A DNA stretch of 63,399 bases, filler included, from Octopus bimaculoides (GCF_001194135.2; 9 parts of 9 records of this genome joined end to end with filler, not necessarily neighbours in it), one strand, 5' to 3'. Shown: positions 12,346-27,201, numbered from the whole stretch's first letter. The notes: a model not told the origin generated them from the sequence alone. Translations and numbers: made by a program.

Positions 12346-13549
12346 CCAGAAGATTTTATAACTATGTTTTTTGCCTATGAGGAGCCTTGCTCAAGCACCC
12401 CACCTTGCTTCTTCAATGCAGCACACACAGACACACTTCCATTCAAACATTTCAACAACCTCATCAGACCTAGCTTTCACTGTGCCTATATTGACAGCAC
12501 CAACTCTAAGGATATGAAGGGGGAAGAGGGAAGGAAGGAGCATGCAGAAGGGGGATGGCATTCCACATTTGAAAAGGTTTCAACAAGCATTTATGAAGAA
12601 ACATGTCATAACAGTTTAATCTATTGTCATTCATTTGTGTTGCACTCGCTGCATCTACCTGAAGTGAGTGCTATGCAACCATGGTTAATAGAAGGATGGG
12701 TAAATAAAGTTAGCAAAAATAGTTGAGTGCTCTGCAAGCTTTGCTAATACAAAGGTAAATAAAAATAGTTAATTAATTAGTTGATAGGTGCAGAGGATAC
12801 ACACTGCAGCATGTGTGTTGCAGTAATGTGGATGAAAGACTTCTGAGAGGAGGAACAGTTTCCAAGAGAGGTTCTGGAACAGGAGAGAGAGAGAGAGAGC
12901 GGTTTCTGGTATAGGTGGTGGGGGTGAGAATAGGTGAGCATATCACACATAAGGAAATGTCTGAACTTGCACATGGGGAGAAGGTAGCAGGCAGAGGAAC
13001 AATTTTGGAGAACAATGCATGTCTAAAAGGGTTTATATATAAGGCAGCAACAGAAAGAAGGAGGAGGAGGGAAGTGTTTGACCACCAGAAGTGACTGCTA
13101 TGTTTGCTGGCTCAGAAATAGCATTAAGAGATAAATACCAAAAACAGCTATGCTAACTTCCAGAGTAGAGGCAGTAATTCTTATAAGAACAGTAAAGATG
13201 AAATGGGTAAACTGGGCATTAGAGGCAAAAATTATGATGGGGAAAACTAAATATATTTTGCATAGATACAGTAATGAAATAATGAGGAATAAATTATTAA
13301 AGGCAAAATTATGATTATGGCTAGTTTGATTAAATTAAATTAATTTAAACATCTAAACTACTACTGGGTGTGCTAAATGAGTGATGAAATTACAATTATG
13401 ATAAGTTAGATTCAATTAAATTTAGCATAGTTTTCAAATCTCTGTGTGATAACAGCATTTTCTTTCTTAAGAGTATAAAGTTTTGTGTATTGTAAGAATC
13501 TGGTAACTACCAAAAGAAATTGAAGATGCTATTAGATGTGGTTATTTAT

Positions 13550-13583
<34 letters not shown>

Positions 13584-13846
13584 AAAGAATGAGAAGAGAT
13601 GGCTTTTTTGAGGGGATAATTTTTATTTTAATCTTAATGATAATGTTTTACAGTGAGTTACTCTGATATGAGTTTCAAGCTTCACTTAGCTATTTTCAAA
13701 CTGAAAACTATGTTTTACTGGTTATAGCAAAAGATTTTTGCTTACAAGTATACATACAAAAAATTATACACAGAAAAGAGAAAAGAATATAAAAAAAGAC
13801 TGAAATAAAGTAATAAATAAAGATATATATATGCATGTATGTATAT

Positions 13847-13946
13847 NNNNNNNNNNNNNNNNNNNNNNNNNNNNNNNNNNNNNNNNNNNNTTAATTAATT
13901 AANNNNNNNNNNNNNNNNNNNNNNNNNNNNNNNNNNNNNNNNNNNN
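13847..13946. other. Artificial assembly spacer, 44N-TTAATTAATTAA-44N (12-mer at 13891; also at 26597, 31692, 40247, 52187, 55692, 57404, 61228)
   Basis: An identical 12-mer with stops in all six frames, centred in N runs, occurs eight times. Confidence 0.95.
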
Positions 13947-13948
13947 TA

Positions 13949-13981
<33 letters not shown>

Positions 13982-14988
13982 CAAATTTGCGTACATAGAT
14001 GTATGGATGTGCACTTACATACGTACATACATACATACATACATACATACATACATACATACATACATACATACATACATACATACATACATACATACAT
14101 GAGCATGTTTACATATGCAATTATATGCATGAAAATACATATATAAAACAAAGCAAACAAATGTTCTCTTATGCTCACAAAAATGCCTTGTTGATGTTGA
14201 AATTCCAATGAAAATGACTTGGATCTAGGTTAGAAATCGACTCTTTCACCATTGGCATGAAAACTTAAAAACTAACTAATGACATACATACATACATGTG
14301 TGTATGTATGTGTGTATATATGTGTGTGTGTGTGTATGAATGAGTATATTTATTAACGGAGTATGAATGAGTAGAGATAAGCAATCACTCACGCACACAT
14401 ACAACTGCTCACACACGAAACTGCAATGAATTCTCTTTGTTATCCTGGTCAGAGGCGGTGCATTAAACCACAATAAATGTTTAGACAGTGTTTAATGATC
14501 TTTTTATAAATTGGGATCCCTTAAAAAAAGAAGGGCTCATGGCTTGGTCCTGTTTCTATCAATACTCACTTAAAAAGTACCATCCCACTATTAACCTCCG
14601 CCAAGTGAGTCTCCCACCAACCCCAGTCGGTCTGATGAGGAGATCCTAATGAATTCAATAGATATTTGTTTAACCCAAGTAAGATCTTAATGGCGTCTTT
14701 CGTTCCTAATTTCATAATGACCATGGACTAATTCTTTAGTAAGAAGATGAGAGAATTAAACTATCTCCTGGATAGGTGACTAAACTCTTACAGTCACCAT
14801 TTCCAATTGTTGTATCGTCGACGGAATCCAGGCAGATGTTCTGTGAGATCGAAGGGCTATGTTCAAGATAGATCGGTTGCAAAAGCTACGGAGAGTAGTG
14901 ATGGTCTGTTGTGGGTAGGCAGTTACTAGGAATAGGTGAAACAATAGAATATATGTTTATGACGTGAAAAAGAAAAGATTAAATGAAA

Positions 14989-15026
<38 letters not shown>

Positions 15027-15478
15027 GAGAGAGAGAGAGAGTGAGAGAGACACGGTGAGAGAGGAGTGAGTTGTTTACAAGTATTGCTAGATAAAAGCCT
15101 CCTCTCATATTCACCAATGTTCAAACTGGCCAATTGACTCTGTAAAGTATTAATAAAGCCAGAGACATGACAGAAAACGTTCAAGTAAACAACGGCTGAT
15201 TAGTGATACACGAGTTGAACAGCTGATAAAGAGGAGATAATTTAACAGAGAGGCGTCATGTTATCACACAGGATGTTAGAGATGATGGTGGTGGTGGTGG
15301 TGGTGGTGAGGTTGCTGGTGATAATGGTGTTGGTGATGGTAGTGGTGCTAATGGTGGTGATGATGATGGAGGCGGTCGTGGTGGTGGCGGTGGTAGTGGC
15401 ATAGTCGTTGTAGTAGTTACGTTGGTGGTCTAAAGGGAAGAACTATTGTTGATTTCAAAAAGTACATTCTTCATCTCG

Positions 15479-15545
<67 letters not shown>

Positions 15546-15597
15546 AATGTGCGCACACACACAAACACACATGAATATGACTCTCTATCCATCTGTC

Positions 15598-15658
<61 letters not shown>

Positions 15659-16459
15659 NNNNNNNNNNNNNNNNNNNNNNNNNNNNNNNNNNNNNNNNNN
15701 NNNNNNNNNNNNNNNNNNNNNNNNNNNNNNNNNNNNNNNNNNNNNNNNNNNNNNNNNNNNNNNNNNNNNNNNNNNNNNNNNNNNNNNNNNNNNNNNNNNN
15801 NNNNNNNNNNNNNNNNNNNNNNNNNNNNNNNNNNNNNNNNNNNNNNNNNNNNNNNNNNNNNNNNNNNNNNNNNNNNNNNNNNNNNNNNNNNNNNNNNNNN
15901 NNNNNNNNNNNNNNNNNNNNNNNNNNNNNNNNNNNNNNNNNNNNNNNNNNNNNNNNNNNNNNNNNNNNNNNNNNNNNNNNNNNNNNNNNNNNNNNNNNNN
16001 NNNNNNNNNNNNNNNNNNNNNNNNNNNNNNNNNNNNNNNNNNNNNNNNNNNNNNNNNNNNNNNNNNNNNNNNNNNNNNNNNNNNNNNNNNNNNNNNNNNN
16101 NNNNNNNNNNNNNNNNNNNNNNNNNNNNNNNNNNNNNNNNNNNNNNNNNNNNNNNNNNNNNNNNNNNNNNNNNNNNNNNNNNNNNNNNNNNNNNNNNNNN
16201 NNNNNNNNNNNNNNNNNNNNNNNNNNNNNNNNNNNNNNNNNNNNNNNNNNNNNNNNNNNNNNNNNNNNNNNNNNNNNNNNNNNNNNNNNNNNNNNNNNNN
16301 NNNNNNNNNNNNNNNNNNNNNNNNNNNNNNNNNNNNNNNNNNNNNNNNNNNNNNNNNNNNNNNNNNNNNNNNNNNNNNNNNNNNNNNNNNNNNNNNNNNN
16401 NNNNNNNNNNNNNNNNNNNNNNNNNNNNNNNNNNNNNNNNNNNNNNNNNNNNNNNNNNN

Positions 16460-16514
<55 letters not shown>

Positions 16515-16517
16515 CAC

Positions 16518-16570
<53 letters not shown>

Positions 16571-16571
16571 T

Positions 16572-16800
16572 CTGGCACTCCGTTGTTTACGACGACGAGG
16601 GTTTTAGTTAATCAGATCATTGGAACAACCTGCTCGTGAAATTTGTGAGCAAGTGGTTGAGCATCCTGGAGGTTCGCCATGACAGAGAATGTGACAAAGC
16701 TCATTCTTGACAGCCGAGCAACGTGAAATAAAGTGTCTTGCTCAAGGACGGAACGTGCTGCCGGCAGCCAACCTCTCAACCCTACGATCGTCAGCGGAAT
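16572..16800 (-). mobile_element. tRNA-derived SINE, family B (GAGCAACGTGAAATAAAGTGTCTTGCTCAAG core)
   Basis: Shares the core CAACGTGAAAT.AAGTGT.TTGCTCAAG with the copies at 37260-38430. Confidence 0.7.
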
Positions 16801-16829
16801 ACTGTTGTAGGGTTTTCCCTGTTGTTGTC

Positions 16830-17327
16830 TCATATTGTGAAGGTTTAAAATTACGTCAGCATTTTCAAATTTGGTATATTGAAAGAAGTTTCCATGTTAG
16901 ATATGATTTTATTATTTGTTTGTTCCAGAAAAATTGCAGAAAAATGTACTGAGGTTTAAAGTTTAATCAATTTTACCCAATCAGAAAACAGGATTTGGAA
17001 GCTGGCATTTTCTGCATGATAGCCGTCTAAATGAAGGCAAAATCACTACGAGGAGGAATTTCTATTAAAGAAAGGAAAGCAAAGTATTACAACGACCAAA
17101 TTTGTAAGAACTTCTGATAGTCATGTGGAACGGTCGAACAGATATGCAAATAATTTAAAAAGGGCAAAAATCCTCAACGACGTTTTTTTTTTGCGAGAAA
17201 TTGCACAAATCTGTATTGATCAAGAACCCTATTTGTCGGTGAAGGCATGGTCTGACATAAACAAAAATTTATAAAAGATATCATTCTATTGTGAAAATTG
17301 CCCGGCAACGACGGGCTATTCAGCTAG
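16830..17327 (+). mobile_element. Helitron 3' terminus (5' limit uncertain)
   Basis: GC-rich hairpin GCCCG-GCAACGA-CGGGC (17300-17316) followed 7 nt later by CTAG (17324-17327) and T, the canonical Helitron 3' end. Confidence 0.65.
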
Positions 17328-17330
17328 TAT

Positions 17331-17388
<58 letters not shown>

Positions 17389-17765
17389 NNNNNNNNNNNN
17401 NNNNNNNNNNNNNNNNNNNNNNNNNNNNNNNNNNNNNNNNNNNNNNNNNNNNNNNNNNNNNNNNNNNNNNNNNNNNNNNNNNNNNNNNNNNNNNNNNNNN
17501 NNNNNNNNNNNNNNNNNNNNNNNNNNNNNNNNNNNNNNNNNNNNNNNNNNNNNNNNNNNNNNNNNNNNNNNNNNNNNNNNNNNNNNNNNNNNNNNNNNNN
17601 NNNNNNNNNNNNNNNNNNNNNNNNNNNNNNNNNNNNNNNNNNNNNNNNNNNNNNNNNNNNNNNNNNNNNNNNNNNNNNNNNNNNNNNNNNNNNNNNNNNN
17701 NNNNNNNNNNNNNNNNNNNNNNNNNNNNNNNNNNNNNNNNNNNNNNNNNNNNNNNNNNNNNNNNN

Positions 17766-17813
<48 letters not shown>

Positions 17814-18686
17814 GTGTATATAAATATATTATATATAAACATACGTACAAATATATACATATGTGCGAGGTGACACACACACACACACACACCCACGTAC
17901 ACGAACGCATGCGCACTCACACAGACACACACATACAGAGTCGTATATAATTTTAATTGTCCAATTCAGAATTAATTAATATGTTAATTCAATATCTACA
18001 TTTTCCTTCTTTGATTTCGGTTGGTGACAAACGAAATCACATTTACAATATCATAATGGAAAGAAATCAATATGGAAATACTTTTATTTCAAGTTTAAAT
18101 GAAATTATTTCATATAGTTTAAGTGAATAAACATTTTAAGCGTTTGTGTTTCTCGAAACAATAACTGATGGATATTAAATTATATGACGAAGGAGAATTT
18201 ACGCAAACGCACACACGCGCTTCTCTGAGTATATACACACACACACACAAATATATATATATATATANNNNNNNNNNNNNNNNNNNNNNNNNNNNNNNNN
18301 NNNNNNNNNNNNNNNNNNNNNNNNNNNNNNNNNNNNNNNNNNNNNNNNNNNNNNNNNNNNNNNNNNNNNNNNNNNNNNNNNNNNNNNNNNNNNNNNNNNN
18401 NNNNNNNNNNNNNNNNNNNNNNNNNNNNNNNNNNNNNNNNNNNNNNNNNNNNNNNNNNNNNNNNNNNNNNNNNNNNNNNNNNNNNNNNNNNNNNNNNNNN
18501 NNNNNNNNNNNNNNNNNNNNNNNNNNNNNNNNNNNNNNNNNNNNNNNNNNNNNNNNNNNNNNNNNNNNNNNNNNNNNNNNNNNNNNNNNNNNNNNNNNNN
18601 NNNNNNNNNNNNNNNNNNNNNNNNNNNNNNNNNNNNNNNNNNNNNNNNNNNNNNNNNNNNNNNNNNNNNNNNNNNNNNNNNNNNNN

Positions 18687-18802
<116 letters not shown>

Positions 18803-18824
18803 AAGAAGAAATATGGCAAAATAT

Positions 18825-19640
18825 TCAGTAAGCAAAGAAGTCTTCCTCCAGTATGCTGCTAGAGCAGAAGTGGTTAACGAAAATGGACTTGAGAGTACTC
18901 ATGAATTCCGAATAAGAACCGCCAACGAGAGAGAAGAAACCCTCTTCCGTATAGAATTTCATGGGCATTTAGCATTGAGCATTGATTGTTGCATTAGGTG
19001 GTAGCAATTCAAAGTGAATTACTCCTTTGCAATCCCACCAGATAGAGAGAAGAACCTTTTCCCATGAAGTTCCCTTCTCGGTTGTGGTTGAACTTTTTCC
19101 CTTTTACCAAGCCACTGTTTACGACGTTTGACATTTCGATGGAAGATCCACTTTTCGTCATCAATCCCAATTCTATCCAAAAATGGTGAAATGAGTTCGC
19201 AAGAATGGAGAGAAGAGCAGATGTCAACTTGGGATTTGTGGTTGCTTTTGGACAATTCATGAGGCACCCATTTTCCAAGTTTAGGAACCTTTCCAAGTGG
19301 CTGAAGAATGACGATGAACATTTCTATGGTTTGAACTAAGCTTTATTGCCAGTTCCTTCAACTGATAATGCAGGATTTTCTTCAAGTAATGCCTCAAGGA
19401 GCTTATCATCAAACTCAACTGGACGTCCTGTTCGATCTTCAAGTTCAAGACTGAAACCTCCACTTCTGAATTTTGCAAACCATCTTCTGCAAGTTCTTTC
19501 ATTCAAGCATTCTTTCCCATAAACTGAGTGTATGTTTCGAGTCACTTCGGCTGCAGAGTTTCCTTTTTTTGTACTCATAAAGCATTATACGACTTAAATG
19601 CTCTTTTGATCCTTCCATGTTAGAAAGGGTTTAATCAAAG
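18825..19640 (-). pseudogene. Decayed mariner-family transposase
   Basis: ATG at 19618. MEGSKEHL...KGNSAAEVTRNIHSVYG...RRWFAKFRSG (HTH), GKWVPHELS, FLDRIGIDDEKWI (first catalytic D region). Several frameshifts. Confidence 0.85.
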
Positions 19641-19739
19641 AAATTTTAATTCTATAGTTCTGTAAAATAATATTGAATTAGTTTAAATGTACACAAATGC
19701 ATAAAATACCTGATAGTAACCTCTAGGAGGGACAAACAA

Positions 19740-20087
19740 TAGTGCCTAATAATTGAGTGGCAGTACCAGGAGATGAACATATTATCATGAAAGAAAGAGA
19801 AAAGTTGATTATGGAGACCAGAGAATTGAGATCGCTAAAATGTGGCTGCTACGAGAGTCAAACATAAAGGTTATCCCTATTGTCATCGGACCATTGGGAT
19901 CAATATCACCCAATCTGAAAAAAAAAATACCCTACAATCTAGGTATACTGCAAAAGTCGTCATTACTTGGAACTGCATGCATATTGTCTGTCTGAGGCCC
20001 TTGTTGCGACATACAAACAGTACAAACTCTTGGTAGACACAATATCTTCAATCAGCAATCTCACGATATTGTATGTTGTGCGACATC

Positions 20088-20125
<38 letters not shown>
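19740..20125 (+). mobile_element. 3' end of an R4/Dong-type LINE with (TAA)n tail
   Basis: VAVPGDEHIIMKERE...IKVIPIVIGPLGSISPNLK...LGILQKSSLLGTA-like RLE C-terminus, followed by (TAA)n at about 20090-20125. Confidence 0.7.
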
Positions 20126-20127
<2 letters not shown>

Positions 20128-20699
20128 GCAAACAACAATAACAATTATAATATGTCATGTATTTTAATATATCGAACGATATTTTTCTGTCAAATAAATG
20201 GAAGATGCCGCATGTTTTGTGGTGTCAAGACTTTTCTAAGTATTCAGCTGAAGTTGATTCAGCATTAATATTAGATTTCCATATTTCCAACTAAACTTTC
20301 TCTTTAGTTCTAATAAATTTGCAATAAAAATGTGAAGAAGAATTTTCAGAAAAAGAAGACAATGTGATCGACAGACATCTCGGAGGAAAACAATAGTAGA
20401 CATGTTGGAAGTTGATATAGAATCTAGTTAAAAATATATCAGGGAATTAGTGAGAACTTTAATGACGGTCATGAATGGATAGATTGGTTTAGAAACAGTT
20501 GACGAGATTATCTGTTGGAGAAGAACTCGTGACAGGAATATATAAAATAATGCAGATGCTTCGTAAAGCGATGGGTGTTTACCACATTTCGGTCCCGATC
20601 TTCTTCATGGAGTGCATGGACTATTCTTGGATTGTAACTTTTCTTATGGTAGCACTGAAAATGAGATGAACACTTGATTTTGAAAGTCCTTAGGTAAGA

Positions 20700-21310
20700 G
20701 TGAAGAAAGTTTATTAAGAGGTACTAGAGTCACAGCAAGACATAGGGATATCAGAAATCCAAACTCAGTTAAATACCAGAAAAAAGAACGAAAGATATCT
20801 GACTGGCAAGAGAAGGTTTTGCATGGTAGGTTCCCAAAGTTAGTTGCTGTAAATAGTAGTGGTAAGACATGGTTATTGTTGCAGAAAGGAAGGTTGAAAA
20901 GGAAGACAGAAAATTTGTTAGTAGCTGCACAAGATCAAGCATTAAGGATTAATTTGATAGACAAAATCCAAGATAAACAAAGATAGACAAAAACCAAGTA
21001 GATTCCCAATGTAGGCTATGGAAATCAAAAAACGAAAGTGTCATCCATATAATAAGTGAATGTAGCATGTTGGCACAAAAAAGAATACAAGAAAGTACAT
21101 GACAACCTAGGGAGAGTAACCCACTGGAAACTATTCGGAAGGCTAAGATCTGAATATACTGATAAATGGCACGAACATGAACTTATTATAGTACTAGAAA
21201 GTAAGAAATATAAGATGTTGTGGGACTTTCACATTCAGACTGACAGAGTAACAGAAGCTAGAAGGCTTGGTTTAGTAGTGGTAGATGAAGAGAATAGAAA
21301 GAGCCAAGTA
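20700..21310 (+). mobile_element. R4/Dong-type LINE fragment (zinc knuckle to RLE)
   Basis: WQEKVLHGRF...LKRKTENLLVAAQDQALR...HIISECSMLAQKEYKKVHDN...MLWDFHIQTDR, in shifting frames. Confidence 0.8.
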
Positions 21311-21368
21311 ACTTACTTTCGTTTGTTTGTATGTATGTATGTATGTATGTGGGGTCAGTGTGCATGCG

Positions 21369-21417
<49 letters not shown>

Positions 21418-23264
21418 GCGCATATATATGTATGTTTGTATGCATGTTTGCATGTGTACGCATGTATATATACATGAATGCACGTGTGTACATTTGTATG
21501 TATGCATTCCGCATATTCATGTGTGTGTGTGCTCGTGTTTGTGTTTGTATGTGTGTGTGTGTTTGTGTGTTTGTATGTGTGTGTGTGTGTGTGTGTGTTT
21601 GCATGTGTGTGTACCTCTGTCTCCTTGTGTGTGCATGTCTGAGTGTGTCTGTGTATGCATTTTTGCGACTATGTACGTGCGTTTGTTATGTATGGATGTG
21701 CGTCCACACATACATATGCGTATGCGCAAGCACACTGACCACAGACATGCGCACAAACAAACAAAAAGAACGCAGCTCGGATAACGGACAGAGTCAGCGA
21801 CTGTTGAAAAGGTTGCAAGACACAAATAAAATTTGAGGAAAAATAAATGAGTGGAAATCGAACCGATGAGTGTGTTAAGTAATAAGGCACTAAAAGAGAA
21901 TGACTCTCCCCAGACAATAAGATATGGCTCAACACAAATTCACATATAGAATCTTGCAAACCAAATCCCCCAAAGAAATCTATTTATAACATCCTCATAG
22001 GAATCTGTTTTAGTTGCGCCTAGTTTTAGATTCAGTGCTTATCCATGTGTTTCACTGAATGCCAGACGATCGACCATCAGATCCGTTGATTGTTTAGTGA
22101 CATCAATTAAAAAGATGACCGATCATAGAAAGCGGTTATGGCAGACAGGAAAAAGAAGTATCGAATGATGAAGAGAGCTGTTGACAGACAGAAAGAGGAA
22201 CGCAAACAGAGAAAGCTACGTTGCGGTTTCGAAACTGCCTGCCTTTCGAGCGTATTTCTAACGGGATGAGAAATGAGGTCGCAACGTTTTCGGTAATGAA
22301 AGTAATGCCATATCTTTATTGCAACTGCATTTCCCTAAGGTCTTCTCTTAAACAAAATAACTTGTTACAGTTTTCAATGATTCTAACCCTTTTCAATGTA
22401 GTTAGAGATGAATAACTTGTTTGAAACCTGATAATATAAAATGAACAAATGACTAAATACTTTTGGAAATAAACTAAAACATCCAATTTCTGGGGTTTTC
22501 TGGAGATCCATACTGAGTAGGGCAATACTGTAGAGCGATTACCATACTGAGAGTTAAAAATATGCCTTGGCCTGAATTTTGATCTCTACGTCCATGATGA
22601 ATAAACAGTTTGTTTGAAGTCAACAAGAAAAGTCAATATATCATCACATTACATGATCTCTGATCAAACGTCACAGCTTAACGGTTATTTTAACCACATC
22701 TTACATTTTCTATAGTTTGTAGCTTTTACCATGACCAGTTCTTTATTGATGTTTTTTCACGTATATTTGTTAGTGAATTGAATTAATGTTCAAGAGCAGT
22801 GAGTTCTTCGGTGGATAATGGATGAAAAGAACCACTTCATCCAATACCAGACGAAGTGAACCATTCCACAAAATACCAGACGAAGTGAACAGCTTCACAC
22901 AATAATAGATAGAATTAGTAAATATTCATTTCTGTTTCTTTAATTGAATAGTTTTCTTCAAACGCTTAGACTCTTTGCTGTATAAAAGACAGAAGTTTGA
23001 ATTTCTTTAGCGACAGTTTAACTTTTTCACACAAACAATTGTTAAACATCGGCAATGTTCATAGCAAGATATAATTAGTAATTCTAAGATTGCTTATTAA
23101 AGTCTCAAGTAAATATAATTTTACTATCGGTTCCCAAACCTAGATCGTTTAAAGTAATATGCTGTCCATATTTTGATGTTTCTGCCAAAATACTTTATAC
23201 AACAATTTGAAAAATGAAATATAAATCAAATATTTAAATGTGCTAAATACTAAAACAAAAAATT

Positions 23265-23628
23265 GTATAAAGATCTTGAAATAGAAATTGGCAAGACCTG
23301 TTGTTATAAGTGCCTTAGGAATGATAGCAAAAGGGGCTGATTCCTACCTAGCTCAGATACCAGTAAACCCCAAAACGGCAGAAATTCAAAAGATTGTGCT
23401 CATGGGAACTGCCCATATCCTACGTAAAATACTGTTTATGTAATCTCAAATTTTAAAACAAACTCATAATTTTCTTATGTATTCTTAGACATTCTCTAGA
23501 ACAATACTATGTGCGAAACCAAATATATGACACCCTAGGCATAACACCAACTTGAATTTCTAACTTGTTGTCTCTTGTGGTCTCTGGGTGAGACTTGGTG
23601 TCAACTTGTACAAATGCAAAAATCAAAC

Positions 23629-23670
<42 letters not shown>
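23265..23670 (+). mobile_element. 3' end of an R4/Dong-type LINE with (TAA)n tail
   Basis: YKDLEIEI...PVVISALGMIAKG...AEIQKIVLMGTAHILRKIL*, then 3' UTR and (TAA)n at 23630-23670. Same family as 41560-41684. Confidence 0.8.
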
Positions 23671-23671
<1 letters not shown>

Positions 23672-23881
23672 TCTTTCTACTGGAAGCACAAGGCCTCAAA
23701 TTTGTGGGAAGCGATTAAGTCGATTACATCGACCCCAGTGCGTAACTGGTACTTATTTAATCGACCTCGAAAGGATGAAAGCCAAAGTCGGACTCGGCAG
23801 AATTTGAATTCAGAACGTAGCGGCAGACGAAATACCGCTACGCATTTCGCCCGGCGTGCTTACGATTTTGCCAGCTCGCCA
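23671..23881 (-). mobile_element. tRNA-derived SINE, family C (Nin-domain-like)
   Basis: Minus strand reads GGCGAGCTGGC...TTCTGAATTCAAATTC...TTTGGCTTTCATCCTTTCGAGGTCGATTAAATAAGTACCAG. The central block resembles the Nin domain. Related copies at 36240-36380, 46190-46385 and 60503-60939. Confidence 0.75.
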
Positions 23882-25401
23882 TCTTTAATAATAATAATAA
23901 TCCTTTCTACTATAGTAGTAATAATCATTTGTAAGAGTACTGAAAACTTGTGGATACCTAAGGTTACAGGCAGTAACCCGCTTCCTACATAAATCCTACC
24001 AGGAATAAGACCAAACCTGAGCCAAACTAGGATAATAATAATAATAATAATAATAAGTGGCAGATTCAATGGCCCAATCGTTTCGACCTATATATTTATT
24101 ATTCCAGTTTCAGAGAAGACAACTCTTTGTTTATTGAATATTCTCGTCTTTATACAAGCGGCTGTAATTATCTCCCCTTCCCTATCGAAATATAGTTGTC
24201 ATATTCGAAGGTAAAAGATTAATAGTTCTTACTGAGATATACAACTTTTACAAAACGTCATGCAATTATGTCTGAAATTTCAGCAATGAGATGAAATAGA
24301 TTACATTTCGGTAGACACCAAAACACTTGAGGTCTAACTAAAGTGCATGTAACCCGAGGTTATGTTGGCAGCATCAGGAGAAGGTAAATAACTGGCAGTA
24401 AACCAACTTATTGATGACTAATTTAGGTTAATACAGATAGTAATTTAGTTCTGATATTGATGGAAACTAAGCTCATAGTTCTGTGTGACGAATGCACCTT
24501 CAGTGATCTTCCCCAAAATGATACAAGTTGCTGTTTACTGTTCATCAAAATAATTTTTGATCAAAGAGAAAGATTTATTGAAGAAATTTCTTTTACCGGA
24601 ACATTAAAACATCTTTAAAAGGGACTCAAACATAGGCATCTTTAATCAATAGGGTCAGATGGAAGAATGGGTTTAAGAATTGTATCGATATTCAGAAGTT
24701 AGTTTAGGGTTGGGAAGCCCCCTTAATTGAGTGTTGGAAAGCGTAAATTATTAAGAGAACCGTAAAACGGTTTTTTGTTAGAATGAAGTAAGCTGATAGT
24801 TTTGAATTGGTAAAACTATTTCCTTTGGCATGATCTAACACAGCATGTAGGTGTGTTACCAAACAGGTGACTACATCGATGCATGGTGCGGGACGACATT
24901 CCCCTTCTCCTTCCCCTCCTCCTCCTTCGCCTTCTTCCTCGGCTGCTTCTACTGAAACCATCAAACTTCAAAACCAAATATTTCTCTGCAACCATAAACA
25001 CTATTTTCTCAGATCTGCTACTGCCTACTGAACCTTCACAAAGGAAAAGCGAAAGAAACAGAAAAAAGGAAAATGTCCTACCTATTTGAAGACTATGGAA
25101 ATATTTACAAAACATTCAATTTAATTTTTTCTTCAATTTAATTGTTTTTCTTCTTAATTAATATCCACCTTTGTTTTACTCTTAGTTGAGAAAGTCGAAA
25201 AGACTGAAACTGGTACTGACCGGTACAAAATGTATTTCATGATAAAACTATTTTAGCATTTTCTACCTTGTCTNNNNNNNNNNNNNNNNNNNNNNNNNNN
25301 NNNNNNNNNNNNNNNNNNNNNNNNNNNNNNNNNNNNNNNNNNNNNNNNNNNNNNNNNNNNNNNNNNNNNNNNNNNNNNNNNNNNNNNNNNNNNNNNNNNN
25401 N

Positions 25402-25459
<58 letters not shown>

Positions 25460-26350
25460 ATATATATATACATACATATATGTAGATACATATCTGTCTA
25501 TAAGTATATATATATATATATATATACATACATACAAAGAAATTCACGTATATATACGTATGTATGATTACATATATGCGAATAGTTTCAAATTAATAAC
25601 ATTAGTAATTAGTAGCCAATTGAATACAATAATATCGAGTAAAGTTATAATAGCAAGTGTTGGCATTCTGAAAAAACTAAATGAAACCAGTTAAGTTATA
25701 GAATATAGACTATGTTCTCATTAAGTGACTTTATTTTGTTTTCATATTGTATATTTAATTGGTATTCTCTGACTTTCTCGATCAGGAAATAGGAAGTTTA
25801 ACATTAAAGTGTATTATTGTTTTTTCTGTTGTTGTCCGCTCTAGCACAAACTACACTCCATGTCTTTTATTTTTTCCTTGCGTCAAAATGGCGCAGCCTT
25901 CAGCCTTTACCACTCAATAGCTGCCTACAATAGCATATATTGACTTCTATAAAAACTTCGCTCACATAATTCTTATCTTACAAACAAAGAGAACTCTATG
26001 AAACTGTAACAACGTTCTCTAATTCTATTGTCTAATAATATATGGTACAGCAACTGTGAGGCTTTTTTCATTATGTTATAATAATTACTTTGACTAGAAT
26101 TCGGCATCAAGCCATTGCTATCTAATTGAACACCTACTCTGTCTACATCAATACATGAAACATCATCATAACTTTTTCTCCACTTCATTAACTAATTGAT
26201 GGTTATTTTTGAACATTAGGCAAGTTTCTCATTAACGCAATTAATCTTTGCCACTTCATCACCATTAAATAATACAACCATTTTTTCTTGAGTCCTTCCG
26301 TTCAAAACTTAACAGGATCATAATATCTCACTCACACATATGCATAGGCA

Positions 26351-26432
<82 letters not shown>

Positions 26433-27165
26433 ACAGCAACAACAAGGACACAAATGTCCTTGCTAACAAAACCACTGTCCTCACCACTGATACCACCACT
26501 ACCACCACCACCACCACAACAAACACGAACTTTGCCGAGGCTTTGAAGCCCANNNNNNNNNNNNNNNNNNNNNNNNNNNNNNNNNNNNNNNNNNNNTTAA
26601 TTAATTAANNNNNNNNNNNNNNNNNNNNNNNNNNNNNNNNNNNNNNNNNNNNGCCACTACTGCTTCTACTACTACTACTAATACCACCACCACCACCACG
26701 ACCACTACCACGACAACCACTACCACCACCACTACTACTACTCCCGCTTCCACCACCACCACTACTATTATTACCATCACCACCACCACTGCTACTACTA
26801 CCTGTTCTACGACCATCATCACCATCGCTTTGCTATTACCGCCGTCATCAATGCTGCTGCTACTACTGCTACTATAACCACCACTTCTGCCACTCTAAGT
26901 GTTTCCTTTCATTAATCACTGTAACAGACGCTCCTCAGGGTAGACGTGGGTCAAGGACTTTAGTTTGTCTCTGGTTCAATTAAGACATCTGTATGCTTGG
27001 ACGTGTGTGTTTGTATGTTCAAGAGTGTGTTTATGTCGGTGTGTATGTGTGTATGTATGCATGTATGTACGTATATGTATGTATGTATGTGTATCAAGGG
27101 TGTTGGTCATTCAAGATACGCGTGTGTGTGTGTGAGGATGCCTTAGAGTGTTTGTGTCTTCGTCT

Positions 27166-27201
<36 letters not shown>

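Noticed and set aside
12445-12472. Minus-strand CTGATGA-GGTTGTT-GAAA
   Set aside because: Stem II would be only two G-U pairs and there is no valid cleavage triplet or stem I.
14630-14660. CTGATGAGG hammerhead-like half core
   Set aside because: No GAAA or stem III/stem I pairing follows.
22843-22892. Two copies of ATACCAGACGAAGTGAAC resembling repeat-spacer structure
   Set aside because: Only two units with a very short spacer in eukaryotic DNA; a local duplication, not a CRISPR array.
25880-25900. YY1-like CAAAATGGCG promoter motif
   Set aside because: It is a single short motif with no associated exon, CpG island or other promoter evidence.
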